DNA of 48,499 nucleotides from an uncultured virus (IMG/VR IMGVR_UViG_2061766007_001600) (Duplodnaviria; Heunggongvirae; Uroviricota; Caudoviricetes), in IMG/VR virus record IMGVR_UViG_2061766007_001600; one strand, 5' to 3'. Shown in pieces: positions 1 to 9,783 of this stretch. The notes beneath the pieces were generated by a model. The model did not search any database. It saw nothing but the letters and a program-made list of their open reading frames with translations, and was not told where the DNA came from. The translations under genes were made by a program, and so were the position numbers. Numbering within the stretch: the first letter of the stretch is position 1; each line of letters starts with the position of its first letter.

Positions 1-322
1 CAGAAAAATGCAAACAGGGGGGGTGCATATGGACAAGTTCGAAGCAGTATCACATGACCGGATGGTCGAAGAACATAGCCCAAACATTGACGGCAACGGA
101 CTGGAAAGAAGCACCTATAGTGATTATGCGGCGAGGCGACTGATGCCGATTGAGTGTGCACGATTACAGGGCTTTCCTCCGGACTGGTGCGCTGATGTAC
201 CGCACACCGATGCTGCGGAATATAAGCTGTGGGGCAATGGTATCGCACTCCCCTGTCTACTGCCGATGATGAAATCGATGCATGACATTCTGGAGAAAGA
301 CCTGAGAGGAACGGATCAGTGA
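1..322 (+). CDS. C5-cytosine DNA methyltransferase, C-terminal part
   Basis: RRLMPIECARLQGFPPDW (motif IX) and YKLWGNGI (motif X); 5' part outside the window. Confidence 0.85.
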   Translation, partial: RKMQTGGVHMDKFEAVSHDRMVEEHSPNIDGNGLERSTYSDYAARRLMPIECARLQGFPPDWCADVPHTDAAEYKLWGNGIALPCLLPMMKSMHDILEKDLRGTDQ

Positions 323-1089
323 ACCGATTGATACTTGGGAACTGCCTGAAAGAGATGAAGAAGCTGCCGAGCAAGTCGGTTGACATGGTTCTTGCGGATC
401 TTCCCTACGGCACTCTCAACAAGCAGAATAAAAGTTCATATTGGGATCGCATGCTTCCGCTGGATCAGGTGTGGAAAGAATACAAGCGTATCTGCAAGCC
501 GAATGCAGCGATTGTGATGTTCTCACAGGGCATGTTCACGGCGGATCTGATGTACAGCAACAAAGCATGGTGGAGGTACAACCTGGTCTGGGACAAAGGC
601 AGACCGAGCGGTTTTCTGAACGCAAACAGAATGCCTCTCAGATCGCATGAAGACATATGCGTGTTTTATAAGCATCTCCCGGTATATCACCCTCAGATGG
701 TGAAATGCACAGAACAGGAGCGTGTGCATGCCAACAAGAAGCGGAAGACTGTAACGAACCAGTGTTACGGACAATTCGTTCCTACCGTTGCGAAGGTAAA
801 GGATGAGAAATATCCGAAATCGATCATACAGTTCAAAAAGGAGCATAAAATCGGTCAGTTCTATCATCCGACAATGAAGCCGGTTGAACTGCTGGAGTGG
901 CTGATTAAGACGTACACAGATCCAGGCATGGTGGTTTTGGACCCTACGTGCGGATCAGGAAGCACAGGGGTGGCAGCGACAATGACAGGCAGAGACTTTA
1001 TCGGTATAGAGGTCAATCAAGAATACTACGATGTCGCAAAAGTGCGGATCGCTGGGGCAGAGATAGTGATGGAGTCTAACGAAGAATGA
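319..1089 (+). CDS. N4-cytosine/N6-adenine DNA methyltransferase (beta class)
   Basis: DLPYG motif IV near N-terminus, HPTMKP, VLDPTCGSGSTG motif I, FIGIE. Confidence 0.92.
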   Translation: MNRLILGNCLKEMKKLPSKSVDMVLADLPYGTLNKQNKSSYWDRMLPLDQVWKEYKRICKPNAAIVMFSQGMFTADLMYSNKAWWRYNLVWDKGRPSGFLNANRMPLRSHEDICVFYKHLPVYHPQMVKCTEQERVHANKKRKTVTNQCYGQFVPTVAKVKDEKYPKSIIQFKKEHKIGQFYHPTMKPVELLEWLIKTYTDPGMVVLDPTCGSGSTGVAATMTGRDFIGIEVNQEYYDVAKVRIAGAEIVMESNEE

Positions 1090-1709
1090 TTGTGGCAGAC
1101 AGAGGAAGNNNNNNNNNNNNNNNNNNNNNNNNNGATGGTAAGCGTTACGGAACGATCTACGCAGACCCACCGTGGAGGTTTCAGAACCGAACAGGGAAAG
1201 TTGCACCAGAGCATAAAAGACTGAGCAGATATCAGACGATGACGCTTTCGGAGATTATGGCTCTGCCGATTGCCGATATAGCGTCTGAAAAGTCGCATCT
1301 GTACCTATGGATACCGAATGCAATGCTTCCTGATGGTTTAAAAGTAATGGAAGCCTGGGGCTTTGAGTACAAAGGCAACATCGTGTGGGAGAAGATCCGA
1401 AAAGACGGAATGCCTGATGGTAGAGGGGTCGGATTTTACTTCCGGAACGTAACAGAGATCCTGTTGTTTGGGATCAGAAAGAAGTCCGCACCGAACAGGA
1501 CGCTTCAGCCTGCGAGGTCACAGGTGAATCTGGTTCGTGCACAGAAGAGGGAGCACAGCAGAAAGCCTGATGAGATCATTCCGATCATTGAAGCCTGCTC
1601 ACATGGTCCGAGGATCGAGTTGTTCGCCAGAGGCAATCGTGATGGTTGGGACATGTGGGGTGATCAGGCTGATGCATCTTACGAGCCGACATGGAACACA
1701 TATCGGTAG
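1086..1709 (+). CDS. MT-A70 family adenine methyltransferase
   Basis: IYADPPW, LYLW, WGFEYK, REHSRKPDE, RIELFAR, WGDQ. Confidence 0.92.
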   Translation: MIVADRGXXXXXXXXXDGKRYGTIYADPPWRFQNRTGKVAPEHKRLSRYQTMTLSEIMALPIADIASEKSHLYLWIPNAMLPDGLKVMEAWGFEYKGNIVWEKIRKDGMPDGRGVGFYFRNVTEILLFGIRKKSAPNRTLQPARSQVNLVRAQKREHSRKPDEIIPIIEACSHGPRIELFARGNRDGWDMWGDQADASYEPTWNTYR

Positions 1710-1728
1710 ATAGAAAGAGAGGTTTTCA

Positions 1729-2302
1729 ATGCAAACAAAATCAGTGGGTGAGAAGAAACTTATCCTGGTAAAAGATGTGGGTGGCTGCACGAATTTTGGC
1801 GGTGTTGATCTGGTCGGAAGTAAGATGTTTACGATCAAAACGAAATCGACCAATAAACTGTCGTACATATCGGTCTATAAAGACTACAGGAAGACTACCC
1901 GGACAAATCNNNNNNNNNNNNNNNNNNNNNNNNNNNNNNNNNNNNNNNNNNNNNNNNNNNNNNNNNNNNNNNNNNNNNNNNNNNNNNNNNNNNNNNNNNN
2001 NNNNNNNNNNNNNNNNNNNNNNNNNNNNNNNNNNNNNNNNNNNNNNNNNNNNNNNNNNNNNNNNNNNNNNNNNNNNNNNNNNNNNNNNNNNNNNNNNNNN
2101 NNNNNNNNNNNNNNNNNNNNNNNNNNNNNNNNNNNNNNNNNNNNNNNNNNNNNNNNNNNNNNNNNNNNNNNNNNNNNNNNNNNNNNNNNNNNNNNNNNNN
2201 NNNNNNNNNNNNNNNNNNNNNNNNTTTAACAGTGCCGGGAAAGCTATCATATCGATGAACCTGCCGAGTGGAAAAGATGGCACGTACATAGCATCAATTT
2301 AA
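1729..2302 (+). CDS. hypothetical protein(s), mostly in N gap
   Basis: RBS AGAGGT before ATG; 300-nt gap prevents a call. Confidence 0.35.
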
Positions 2303-2334
2303 TAAGGAAGATTGCATGAAAAGGGGGTGCTCAC

Positions 2335-3252
2335 ATGAATTTCTTGGCACATTCAGAGTCGGAATTCTCCGATGTAAGGGTAATCGACAGGGACGGAGAG
2401 CCATGGTTCGTGGGGAAAGATGTCTGTCAGGCATTTGGGGACAAGAATCACAGCAGGTCATTATCGAGGGTAGATGAAGATGACAGAATGATGGCTGAAA
2501 TAGAGGACGCAAAGGGAAGGACACAGAGTGCGATCATCATAAACGAAAGCGGTCTATACGCTTTGCTATTCTCGATGACTCCTCAGAAGACGAACCGGGA
2601 TGGGGTGTCAGATGCGTACCCCATAGCTGTGCATGAGAGAATCGATAAGATCCGGCGATTCAAACGTTGGGTGACCTCAGAGGTACTTCCGTCAATCAGG
2701 AGGAATGGTCTTTATGCAGCTGACGAACTGCTGAACAATCCTGACTTGATGATTTCCGTCCTCACGAAGCTGAAAGAAGAGAGGGCAGCGAAAGAAGCAC
2801 TCCAGGAAGAGAACAAGTACCTGGCTTCCAGGAACACAGAACTAAGCGAAGAGGTAATGGTTAAAGACCAGCAGATAGCTGGCATGCGTCCAAAGGTTTA
2901 CTACTACAATGTTGTGCTTAACTGCAAAGACCTTCTGCCGATATCAGTGATCGCAAAGGACTATGGATGGTCGGCTATCCAGATGAACAATTACCTGAAG
3001 AGCAGAAAGATTCAGTATAAGCAAGGCGACATTTGGCTGCTTTATCAGAAGTATGCAAAGAGCGGTTATACAAGTACAAAGACAACGTATTATGCCGGGA
3101 ACGATGGTAGAAATCACATAACTGTGCATACCTACTGGACGCAGAAGGGGAGAATGTTCCTGTACGATCTGCTGAGAGAAGACAACATCTTTCCCCTGAT
3201 GGAGCAGGAACAGTTCGAGCAAGAAGCATTACGAGCAGTAATGGAATCATAA
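2335..3252 (+). CDS. Phage antirepressor, BRO-N + ANT/KilAC domains
   Basis: GEPWFVGKDVC, INESGLY, FKRWVTSEVLPSIRRNG; C-terminal ISVIAKDYG and WTQKGRMFLY. Confidence 0.92.
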   Translation: MNFLAHSESEFSDVRVIDRDGEPWFVGKDVCQAFGDKNHSRSLSRVDEDDRMMAEIEDAKGRTQSAIIINESGLYALLFSMTPQKTNRDGVSDAYPIAVHERIDKIRRFKRWVTSEVLPSIRRNGLYAADELLNNPDLMISVLTKLKEERAAKEALQEENKYLASRNTELSEEVMVKDQQIAGMRPKVYYYNVVLNCKDLLPISVIAKDYGWSAIQMNNYLKSRKIQYKQGDIWLLYQKYAKSGYTSTKTTYYAGNDGRNHITVHTYWTQKGRMFLYDLLREDNIFPLMEQEQFEQEALRAVMES

Positions 3253-3262
3253 AACTGAATAA

Positions 3263-3398
3263 CCGGAGCGTAGTTCAACGGCAGAACAGGCGGGTTGTGG
3301 GTAATTGATGGTGAAAATATAAATCCGTGCTTTGATAATATCTCCTTTCTATGTGATGATGTGTGTCGCCTATGTGGGTTCGAGTCCCACCGCTCCGG
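3263..3398 (+). ncRNA. tRNA-like RNA 1 with 72-nt insert replacing the anticodon loop
   Basis: CCGGAGCG/CGCTCCGG acceptor, TA, GTTC-AACGGCA-GAAC D arm, GGCGG/TCGCC stem, GTGGG-TTCGAGT-CCCAC T arm; no anticodon loop, no CCA. Confidence 0.8.
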
Positions 3399-3486
3399 AT
3401 TATGGGTTGTTTTGTTGTGGTAGCAACAGCCTATGATGCTGATATCCTTATNNNNNNNNNNNNNNNNNNNNNNNNNNNACCGCAAC

Positions 3487-3533
3487 AGTGTACCGCTCCT
3501 CCAATCGTGACCGATACAACGCAGCGGTACACT
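3487..3533 (+). ncRNA. 11-bp perfect hairpin with 25-nt loop starting CCTCC
   Basis: AGTGTACCGCT/AGCGGTACACT stem. Confidence 0.55.
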
Positions 3534-3535
3534 CA

Positions 3536-3617
3536 CAGGACGTAACTCAATGGGAGAGGTGTGTCGGCTGTAATGGTTGTAAGACACAAGATGCGGGTTC
3601 GAGTCCTGCCGTCCTGA
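3536..3617 (+). ncRNA. tRNA-like RNA 2 with 17-nt anticodon loop
   Basis: CAGGACG/CGTCCTG acceptor, ACTC-AATGGGA-GAGG D arm, GTGTC/GACAC stem, GCGGG-TTCGAGT-CCTGC T arm. Confidence 0.8.
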
Positions 3618-3866
3618 GTAGGGTCAGAGAGCAAATGACCACCGGACCCAGTGCAGAAAACGACTATTTTTCACCACTCAGATACTCTTGATCACAGTGC
3701 CTGATGGTGGATGAATCTTCGTGNNNNNNNNNNNNNNNNNNNCGAGAGTAAGCAGGCCAATACTGGTGGGATGTGCGGTTTGGGGTGAATCCAAAACCCT
3801 GTAAACAATGTTTATTCGCCACGCTTACAAAGCATGGTTGAAGCTTTTCTTACGAGAGTATGGTCT

Positions 3867-4710
3867 ATGTATATAAAGTCACCGTTGAACTACATAGGAG
3901 CGAAATATAAGCTTTTAGATCGAATTATCCCGATTCTCCCACAAGAGAGTAGATGCTTTGTAGATTTGTTCACAGGTGGCATGAACGTGGGAATAAATGT
4001 CAATGCAGATATAATATATGCTAATGATCATATTGATTATCTGATAGAGTTGTATGATTATTTCAAAAGAACTCCAACTGGCGATTTGAGAACAGCAATA
4101 AATGAGGTGATAAGCAATTATTCTCTGAACAAACAAAATGTTGATGGATATAGCCAGTTAAGACAAGACTATAATACGAATAAAAGCCCATTATTTCNNN
4201 NNNNNNNNNNNNNNNNNNNNNNNNNNNNNNNNNNNNNNNNNNNNNNNNNNNNNCTTTATGTTTAATATGCCGTTTGGAAGAAATAGGAGTAGCTACAATG
4301 CAAATATAGAAACAAACCTTATTCGCTTTTCTGCGGCACTCAAAGAAAAGAACGTAATCCTTAGCAGTTGCGATTTCAGATCCTTTGATTTTTCCAAAAT
4401 AGAGGTGGGCAGTGTCGTGTATTGCGATCCTCCTTACCTGATTTCAACCGGTTCGTACAATGATGGTAAAAGAGGGTTTGGTNNNNNNNNNNNNNNNNNN
4501 NNNNNNNNNNNNNNNNNNNNNNNNNNNNNNNNNNNNNNNNNNNNNNNNNNNNNNNNNNNNNNNNNNNNNNNNNNNNNNNCAAATGACGAACTAATTCGAT
4601 GGAGCGAAAAGTATAACGTAACATATGTTGATGCAGACTATTCAAACTGTGCATATAACAAAAAGGATAAAAAGGCAAAAAGCGTAGAAGTCCTTATCAC
4701 GAACTTCGCN
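3867..4710 (+). CDS. Dam/D12-class N6-adenine DNA methyltransferase (3' end in gap)
   Basis: KSPLNYIGAK, FVDLFTGG, FNMPFG, VYCDPPY, EVLITNF; visibly AT-richer than flanks. Confidence 0.88.
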
Positions 4711-4756
4711 NNNNNNNNNNNNNNNNNNNNNNNNNNNNNNNNNNNNNNNNNNNNNN

Positions 4757-4888
4757 CTATTATTCCGCATCTTTTGATCTGGCAAACAGTTCAATCTTCA
4801 TGCGAGTTTCGATGGCTTCCCGGATATAAGTGTTGACGCTAACTCCTGCGGCTGACGCAGCTTCCTGGATCTCAGCCCTCTTCCCTTT
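4757..4888 (-). CDS. Small ribbon-helix-helix-like DNA-binding protein (3' part; start in gap)
   Basis: Own translation: KGKRAEIQEAASAAGVSVNTYIREAIETRMKIELFARSKDAE*; resembles 19061-19297 and 48246-48443. Confidence 0.65.
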
Positions 4889-5098
4889 NNNNNNNNNNNN
4901 NNNNNNNNNNNNNNNNNNNNNNNNNNNNNNNNNNNNNNNNNNNNNNNNNNNNNNNNNNNNNNNNNNNNNNNNNNNNNNNNNNNNNNNNNNNNNNNNNNNN
5001 NNNNNNNNNNNNACTTTTTAGGTTGATATATTAGTGCAAATAGATTAAGATACTATTGTCAGGGAGATAGCAGTGCAGTAGGAAAGGGGGATTGAGCG

Positions 5099-5412
5099 AT
5101 GAGGAATTACAATCTTTCGATCATAATGACGAGAGCGTGGGAGAACTTCCGTAAACTGGGAATCAGCTTCTCTGAGGCACTTCACCGGTCATGGCTGACT
5201 GCTAAGGCATCTGAGGTGAATAGAGCCAGGATCGNNNNNNNNNNNNNNNNNNNNNNNNNNNNNNNNNNNNNNNNNNNNNNNNNNNNNNNNNNNNNNNNNN
5301 NNNNNGTTCAAAAGCCCTGTTCGGAGTGGATCTCATTTGGGGTTCTAAGGGGGATGGTGCTGTGTACAAGGCACGGTTCTTCGGAAGATCTCAGGTAGAA
5401 GCGATTGCCTGA
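5099..5412 (+). CDS. Small protein with ArdC-N-like motif, paralog of 19494
   Basis: MRNYNLSIIMTRAWENFRK...SKALFGVDLIWGSKGDGAVYKARFFGRSQV; near-identical to 19494 ORF. Confidence 0.6.
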
Positions 5413-5433
5413 ATCAGGTGAAAGGGGGATTGA

Positions 5434-5624
5434 AATGTTCGATATTATCTCTACGGTTGACGGCTTCGGAGNNNNNNNNNNNNNNNNNNNNNNNNNNNNN
5501 NNTGGGTGGGTATCTGAGCGGAGCGGAAGTGCTCATGGGAAATCAGGTTGACGCATACCGTGATGGATACAATACAGCAGAAGCGGTTATGTCCGGTCAG
5601 ATCCCTCAGATCCGTTATGAATAA
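5434..5624 (+). CDS. hypothetical protein, weak paralog of 19936-20175
   Basis: GYLSGAEVLMGNQVDAYRDGYNTAEAVMSGQIP vs GFLDGIDLLTGKPVDTYYHGLLAAKEVMTGEKP. Confidence 0.55.
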
Positions 5625-5745
5625 TTGTCAATCCGCACAAATTTACAAGATCATTTATGTGCGCTTTGACAGTTGAACATACATTGTAACAAGAGTATCA
5701 TATGTTTGTAAGTTTCATAAGAAATGTTTTAGGGAGGACATTGCT

Positions 5746-5991
5746 ATGACGAACACACAGATCATTTTAACTGAAATGCAGCTGCATGGTATCACAGAAG
5801 AAGTTCACACCTATGCCGTTTGGAAGAGCAAGGGGTATCAGGTGCAGAGAGGTCAGCATGCTCTGTTCACCACAAAGGTCTGGAAGAAGGTCCGGAAGAC
5901 CTCAAAGGATGGTGAAGAGTATGACAAGATGATCATGACGAATGCTGCGTTTTTTGGAGAGAGTCAGGTCGCCGAAATCGAGGTGGCATAA
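5746..5991 (+). CDS. Minimal ArdC-N-like (ssDNA-binding-type) protein
   Basis: HTYAVWKSKGYQVQRGQHA...FFGESQV matches the TYxxWxxxGxxVxxGxKA pattern; RBS GGAGG. Confidence 0.55.
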   Translation: MTNTQIILTEMQLHGITEEVHTYAVWKSKGYQVQRGQHALFTTKVWKKVRKTSKDGEEYDKMIMTNAAFFGESQVAEIEVA

Positions 5992-6104
5992 TTTTATGCC
6001 AAAAGAGCGCACATAGATGCGCTCTAAACGATCCAAAACGCCTCATATGGAGTTGTATCCGCCAGACAACTAATGATACATCACAGGATTCAAATCGATA
6101 TATG

Positions 6105-6310
6105 AATGTTCGGTGATGGCGGTAAGCCGATGGCGAGGTAGCGGCCAGAACTGCTTTACGGCTCAATTGCAACTGTCTTTATAGCGCATGTAATCAAGCG
6201 GAGTTAAGTCGTGACTCCAGGGAGGTGATGATCATATCCGATGGTAATCTCAGGCAGAGAAACAGGCGAAAAGCCACTCTGCTGGATTCATCGGAGTAGA
6301 GCACCTCAAG
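6105..6310 (+). ncRNA. Structured 5' leader/ncRNA upstream of cell-wall hydrolase
   Basis: Nested stems GAGGTG/CACCTC, TCCGATG/CATCGGA, GGCAGAG/CTCTGCT, GGC-GAAAA-GCC, GGAGT/ACTCC. Confidence 0.5.
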
Positions 6311-6336
6311 TACGGACTATATCAGGAGGAGTATAA

Positions 6337-6890
6337 ATGATAGCTACACCGATAATGATGGCGACATCATTGATTCTCGCACCGACAAGCCTGATGGAAA
6401 CATTTACTGTTGAGAAGCCGGTTTATGTACAGCCAGCTGTTGAAACAGAAGCAGAGATTTATGTACAGGCTGAAACAGAAACAGAGTCGATGGTGTTGGA
6501 AGAAACAGAGCCGGAAACAGAAGAGCCTGGAGTTCAGGATTATTCGATGGTTGAACCAGAGTCAGACCTGTGGCTGCNNNNNNNNNNNATTGCGACCGGA
6601 CCGAGATGGAGTACGTTGCGTCTGTTGTACTCAACCGGGTTGCAGATCCGAGATTCCCAAATACGGTCACAGAGGTCGTATATCAGCCTGGACAATACGG
6701 CTGCTTATCTGATGGTAACTGGTACAAGACACCGACTCAGGACAACTGGGAAGAAGCCGAGTACGTTTTGGACATGTTCAATGAGCATGGGTACACTGTT
6801 CTGCCGTCAGATGTTGTCTGGCAGGCACAATTCCCTCAGGGGCAAGGCACATATCTTGTTTCCTCATGGGGACATTATTACTGCTACTAA
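6337..6890 (+). CDS. Cell wall hydrolase (SleB/Hydrolase_2) with acidic N-terminal linker; frame break at N gap
   Basis: EMEYVASVVLNRVADPRFPNTVTEVVYQPGQY, GHYYC. Confidence 0.85.
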
Positions 6891-7186
6891 GCAACACTAC
6901 AATTAAACATATCTATTAAGGAAGAAAACGCTCAGCAGAAAGCCGTAGTGATCACACAAGTCACTNNNNNNNNNNNNNNNNNNNNNNNNNNNNNNNNNNN
7001 NNNNNNNNNNNNNNNNNNTTTTGGACGGAAGCTTGTTATTGCTCTTGCAGATTCCGGATCAGTCGAAAACGGTGTACAGGCTGTCGATGAGTTCGAGAGG
7101 TTCATTACAACGATGGACCAGCGAGGCTATATCGACCCTCTGTATGACGATGACGATGAAGATGATGATGACTTCGATGATGACAT

Positions 7187-7687
7187 GTGACCGGAGGTGA
7201 GATGATATTTTACAGATTCACCGGTGATAAAGAACTGAGACTGTTTCTGTGGGGCGAGATGGTCAGATGCAGCAGAAACAACGGCATATCATGTAACGAC
7301 TTCCTGTTCTTCGATGACTCAAAGCCAATTGAGAGTAGGATCGCTTACATGGTGGGAAAGGCAGACCTGAGCAATGTCGCAGAGTTCGAGGTGCTTAATC
7401 CGGGGAGGTTCGCTAAGAATGTTGGGGTTTACCAGAATCCGATGACATACGACAGCAATGTGCTGAGAAAAATGGGTATAGCGGAACTGTTCTATCTGAC
7501 AGCGAAAAAGGACAGTCCCACAGTCATGGTAAACGAATATCATGCCAGGATGTACTGCGATAAAGACCTGCGGCTGCTGAGGATAGGAACACCCGGCATG
7601 TTTGCCGGAGTCAGTTCAGGTGAATACATGGTTGTTTGGAAAGGGGTGAATGAGTGGAAAAGATCGAAAGAAAGATGCTTGCGGTGA
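7187..7687 (+). CDS. hypothetical phage protein
   Basis: ORF with GGAGGTG RBS in tightly packed operon. Confidence 0.55.
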   Translation: MTGGEMIFYRFTGDKELRLFLWGEMVRCSRNNGISCNDFLFFDDSKPIESRIAYMVGKADLSNVAEFEVLNPGRFAKNVGVYQNPMTYDSNVLRKMGIAELFYLTAKKDSPTVMVNEYHARMYCDKDLRLLRIGTPGMFAGVSSGEYMVVWKGVNEWKRSKERCLR

Positions 7688-8279
7688 TACTGCTGAGTTG
7701 CTCCGTATGCTTCCTTGTAGTGATTGGCTGGCATATATGGAAGACAACGAACACGGTCCGTGAAGAGCATATCCCGGTTGGGCAGACGATGGTTGTCATG
7801 AGCCGTGGGACGCTGCATCTCAGCGAACAGGAGTGTGCATACACGATAGTGGCTGATACCGATACGGCCAGGCGATACCTGATTATTGAGGACGCTGATA
7901 ACAAGATCCTGATCACAAGTCTTGAACTGCCTTATCACGAACACAATGGTGAGTGACATGAAAGCATTATTGAAGACGGAACTGTTCGGTCTTGTCGTAA
8001 CGCTGTTCGGTTGGGTGATCGAATCAAGAACGGTACAGCTTATAGGGGCATTGATGGTGATTGCCGTCACTGGGTACATCATCTATGAGCTGGATCAATT
8101 GGAACGCAGAAGGAAAAGGAAGGAACGGCATGGACGATATTTTAGGGATTCAGATGATCGCTCAGGACTGCATTAGAAAGGAAAAGGAGATGAGACTACT
8201 GGTTTTTCTTACTGCGGTAATCATGGCTGTAACAACACTGCTTTTTGCGACCGGGCTGGTCGAGATCGAAATAATGTAG
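7654..8279 (+). CDS. Three small membrane-anchored hypothetical proteins
   Basis: Overlapping ORFs 7654-7956, ~7958-8176, ~8190-8279, each with hydrophobic segments. Confidence 0.5.
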
Positions 8280-8292
8280 TCAGGGGGAACGC

Positions 8293-8640
8293 ATGGGCAA
8301 CAGGAAACAAAGACGACAACTGGCTAAGCTGGCTAAAAAGGGTGACAAATACATCGAGCAGCTTGCGGTCAATGCGGTTCAGCAAGAGATCGAAAAGAGC
8401 GCAAATATCCTTACTGATGACAACCTGGCACTGTCCACTGACTATACACTGAGTGCTATGATTCTCGCTATGGACAGGGTTATGGATTCTATCGATCAAC
8501 CGCTGTACGAGTGCATCCTGAACGAATTCCGGAACATCTATACGGATCTGATCACTTCCGGAGATCCGCAGTCTTATCTGTCCATGGCTGAGGAAGTATG
8601 CGGACATGAACTGCACATCGAGTTCGAGCATGAAGATTAG
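8293..8640 (+). CDS. hypothetical phage protein
   Basis: MGNRKQRRQLAK start typical of phage small ORFs; RBS. Confidence 0.6.
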   Translation: MGNRKQRRQLAKLAKKGDKYIEQLAVNAVQQEIEKSANILTDDNLALSTDYTLSAMILAMDRVMDSIDQPLYECILNEFRNIYTDLITSGDPQSYLSMAEEVCGHELHIEFEHED

Positions 8641-8709
8641 AGCGGTTATGTACAGCTGGTCTATTTTGCCCTATGAGCCTGTTGGCGGTAGTAAATGATA
8701 CTTATCTTA

Positions 8710-8738
8710 TTGAAACGCATTAAAGGGCGTAATATGCT
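8710..8738 (+). promoter_or_regulatory. sigma70-type promoter with CGCA-N6 operator in spacer
   Basis: TTGAAA-17-TATGCT; ACGCAttaaagGGCGT. Confidence 0.55.
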
Positions 8739-8956
8739 AAATAGAGCGCACAGGGGGCATGACATTGGTTATTCGTTTACTGATTTTTCTCATACTGGCA
8801 GTTCTCTCTACAGTCCGATGGGGAGCAGTGTACCTGATCGCAAGGTACTGGAAAAGACCGCATGACAGGGACCGGGCATTGTTCATGGGTATTTTCAGTG
8901 ATTGGATCATTCTGATCATTATCACCTACTTCATTTTGTAGTTCAGGAGAGCCGAG

Positions 8957-9279
8957 TTGAGAGAGTTCGTTGTAACGCAGGAGAATTTCCATAAAGAAGT
9001 CGAGAAAGCCAAAAAACCGGTGCTGCTTATCTTTTGGAAGCATGATGATATCCTGTGCCTGAAGCAGAGGATCGTTGCGTCAAGGTTAGCGTCTGTGCAT
9101 GATGAGTTTTCCGTTGGCAGCGTATGNNNNNNNNNNNNNNNNNNNNNNNNNNNNNNNNNNNNNNNNNNNNNNNNNNTCTGCCAGCCATCATTCTGATGAT
9201 GAGAGGGTCAGCGAGATGTGGCAAGTACAGATTCATGAGCGTACGTGAGATTGAGAAGATGATCTCGAAGTACATTTGA
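8957..9279 (+). CDS. Thioredoxin-like protein lacking CxxC
   Basis: VTQENFHKEVEKAKKPVLLIFW matches the Trx N-terminus; WKHDDILC replaces WAxWCGPC. Confidence 0.6.
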
Positions 9280-9557
9280 TGGTTGTTAGAGTTGTCTAAT
9301 CGCCTCGAAAGCAGTGCCTGGGTTCTGGAAACCGCATGGTTGAGGGAATTCCGGGGTATTGGAATTACAAAAGTGTGATATAATCATACGGTATATATAA
9401 AACAAAACTGCACTCACGCAAAACATACGTGATGCTATGTTTATTGAATGAGCGAAAATCTTACATTTGTAACGTCCGTTTCATGGTCGATAAACGCAGC
9501 AGACAAGNNNNNNNNNNNNNNNNNNNNNNNNNNNNNCAGAAAAGTGCGCTATCACTA

Positions 9558-9586
9558 TTGCATAACGCACTATCATGTGTTATCTT
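9558..9586 (+). promoter_or_regulatory. Promoter with operator driving a putative sRNA
   Basis: TTGCAT-17-TATCTT; ACGCActatcaTGTGT in spacer. Confidence 0.55.
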
Positions 9587-9590
9587 TTAA

Positions 9591-9783
9591 CTGATGAGCC
9601 GTTGGCTGATTACCATCCCCCTCCTGTCTCCCTACAGGATACAAGGTGTCGGCCACTCCCAACGGCTTATCGGTCCGGGGTGTTCTCAAACTCACCATAA
9701 CCGTTCGCCACAACGAGTATGGACTCTTTCTTGATACCGGACAAAAAAGCATCTCCGTTCAAGTGTTCGGAGATGCTTTTATT
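9591..9783 (+). ncRNA. Putative ~190-nt structured sRNA convergent with the recombinase gene
   Basis: GATGAGCCGTTGG/CCAACGGCTTATC and GTCCGG/CCGGAC stems between promoter and terminator. Confidence 0.5.

Noticed and set aside
3263..3617. Calling these canonical or intron-containing tRNAs
   Set aside because: No 7-nt anticodon loop; inserts are too short for group I introns and no bulge-helix-bulge is evident.
3770..3830. c-di-AMP (ydaO) riboswitch suggested by TTGGGGTGAATCC
   Set aside because: Downstream GTAGGG, CCCGAA and CAGCTAAC elements are absent.
6308..6325. Group I intron S element (GATATAGTCC on minus strand)
   Set aside because: No matching R element or interrupted gene found.
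9591..9675. Hammerhead ribozyme suggested by CTGATGA
   Set aside because: No GAAA after the stem; CTGATGA is itself paired in the hairpin.
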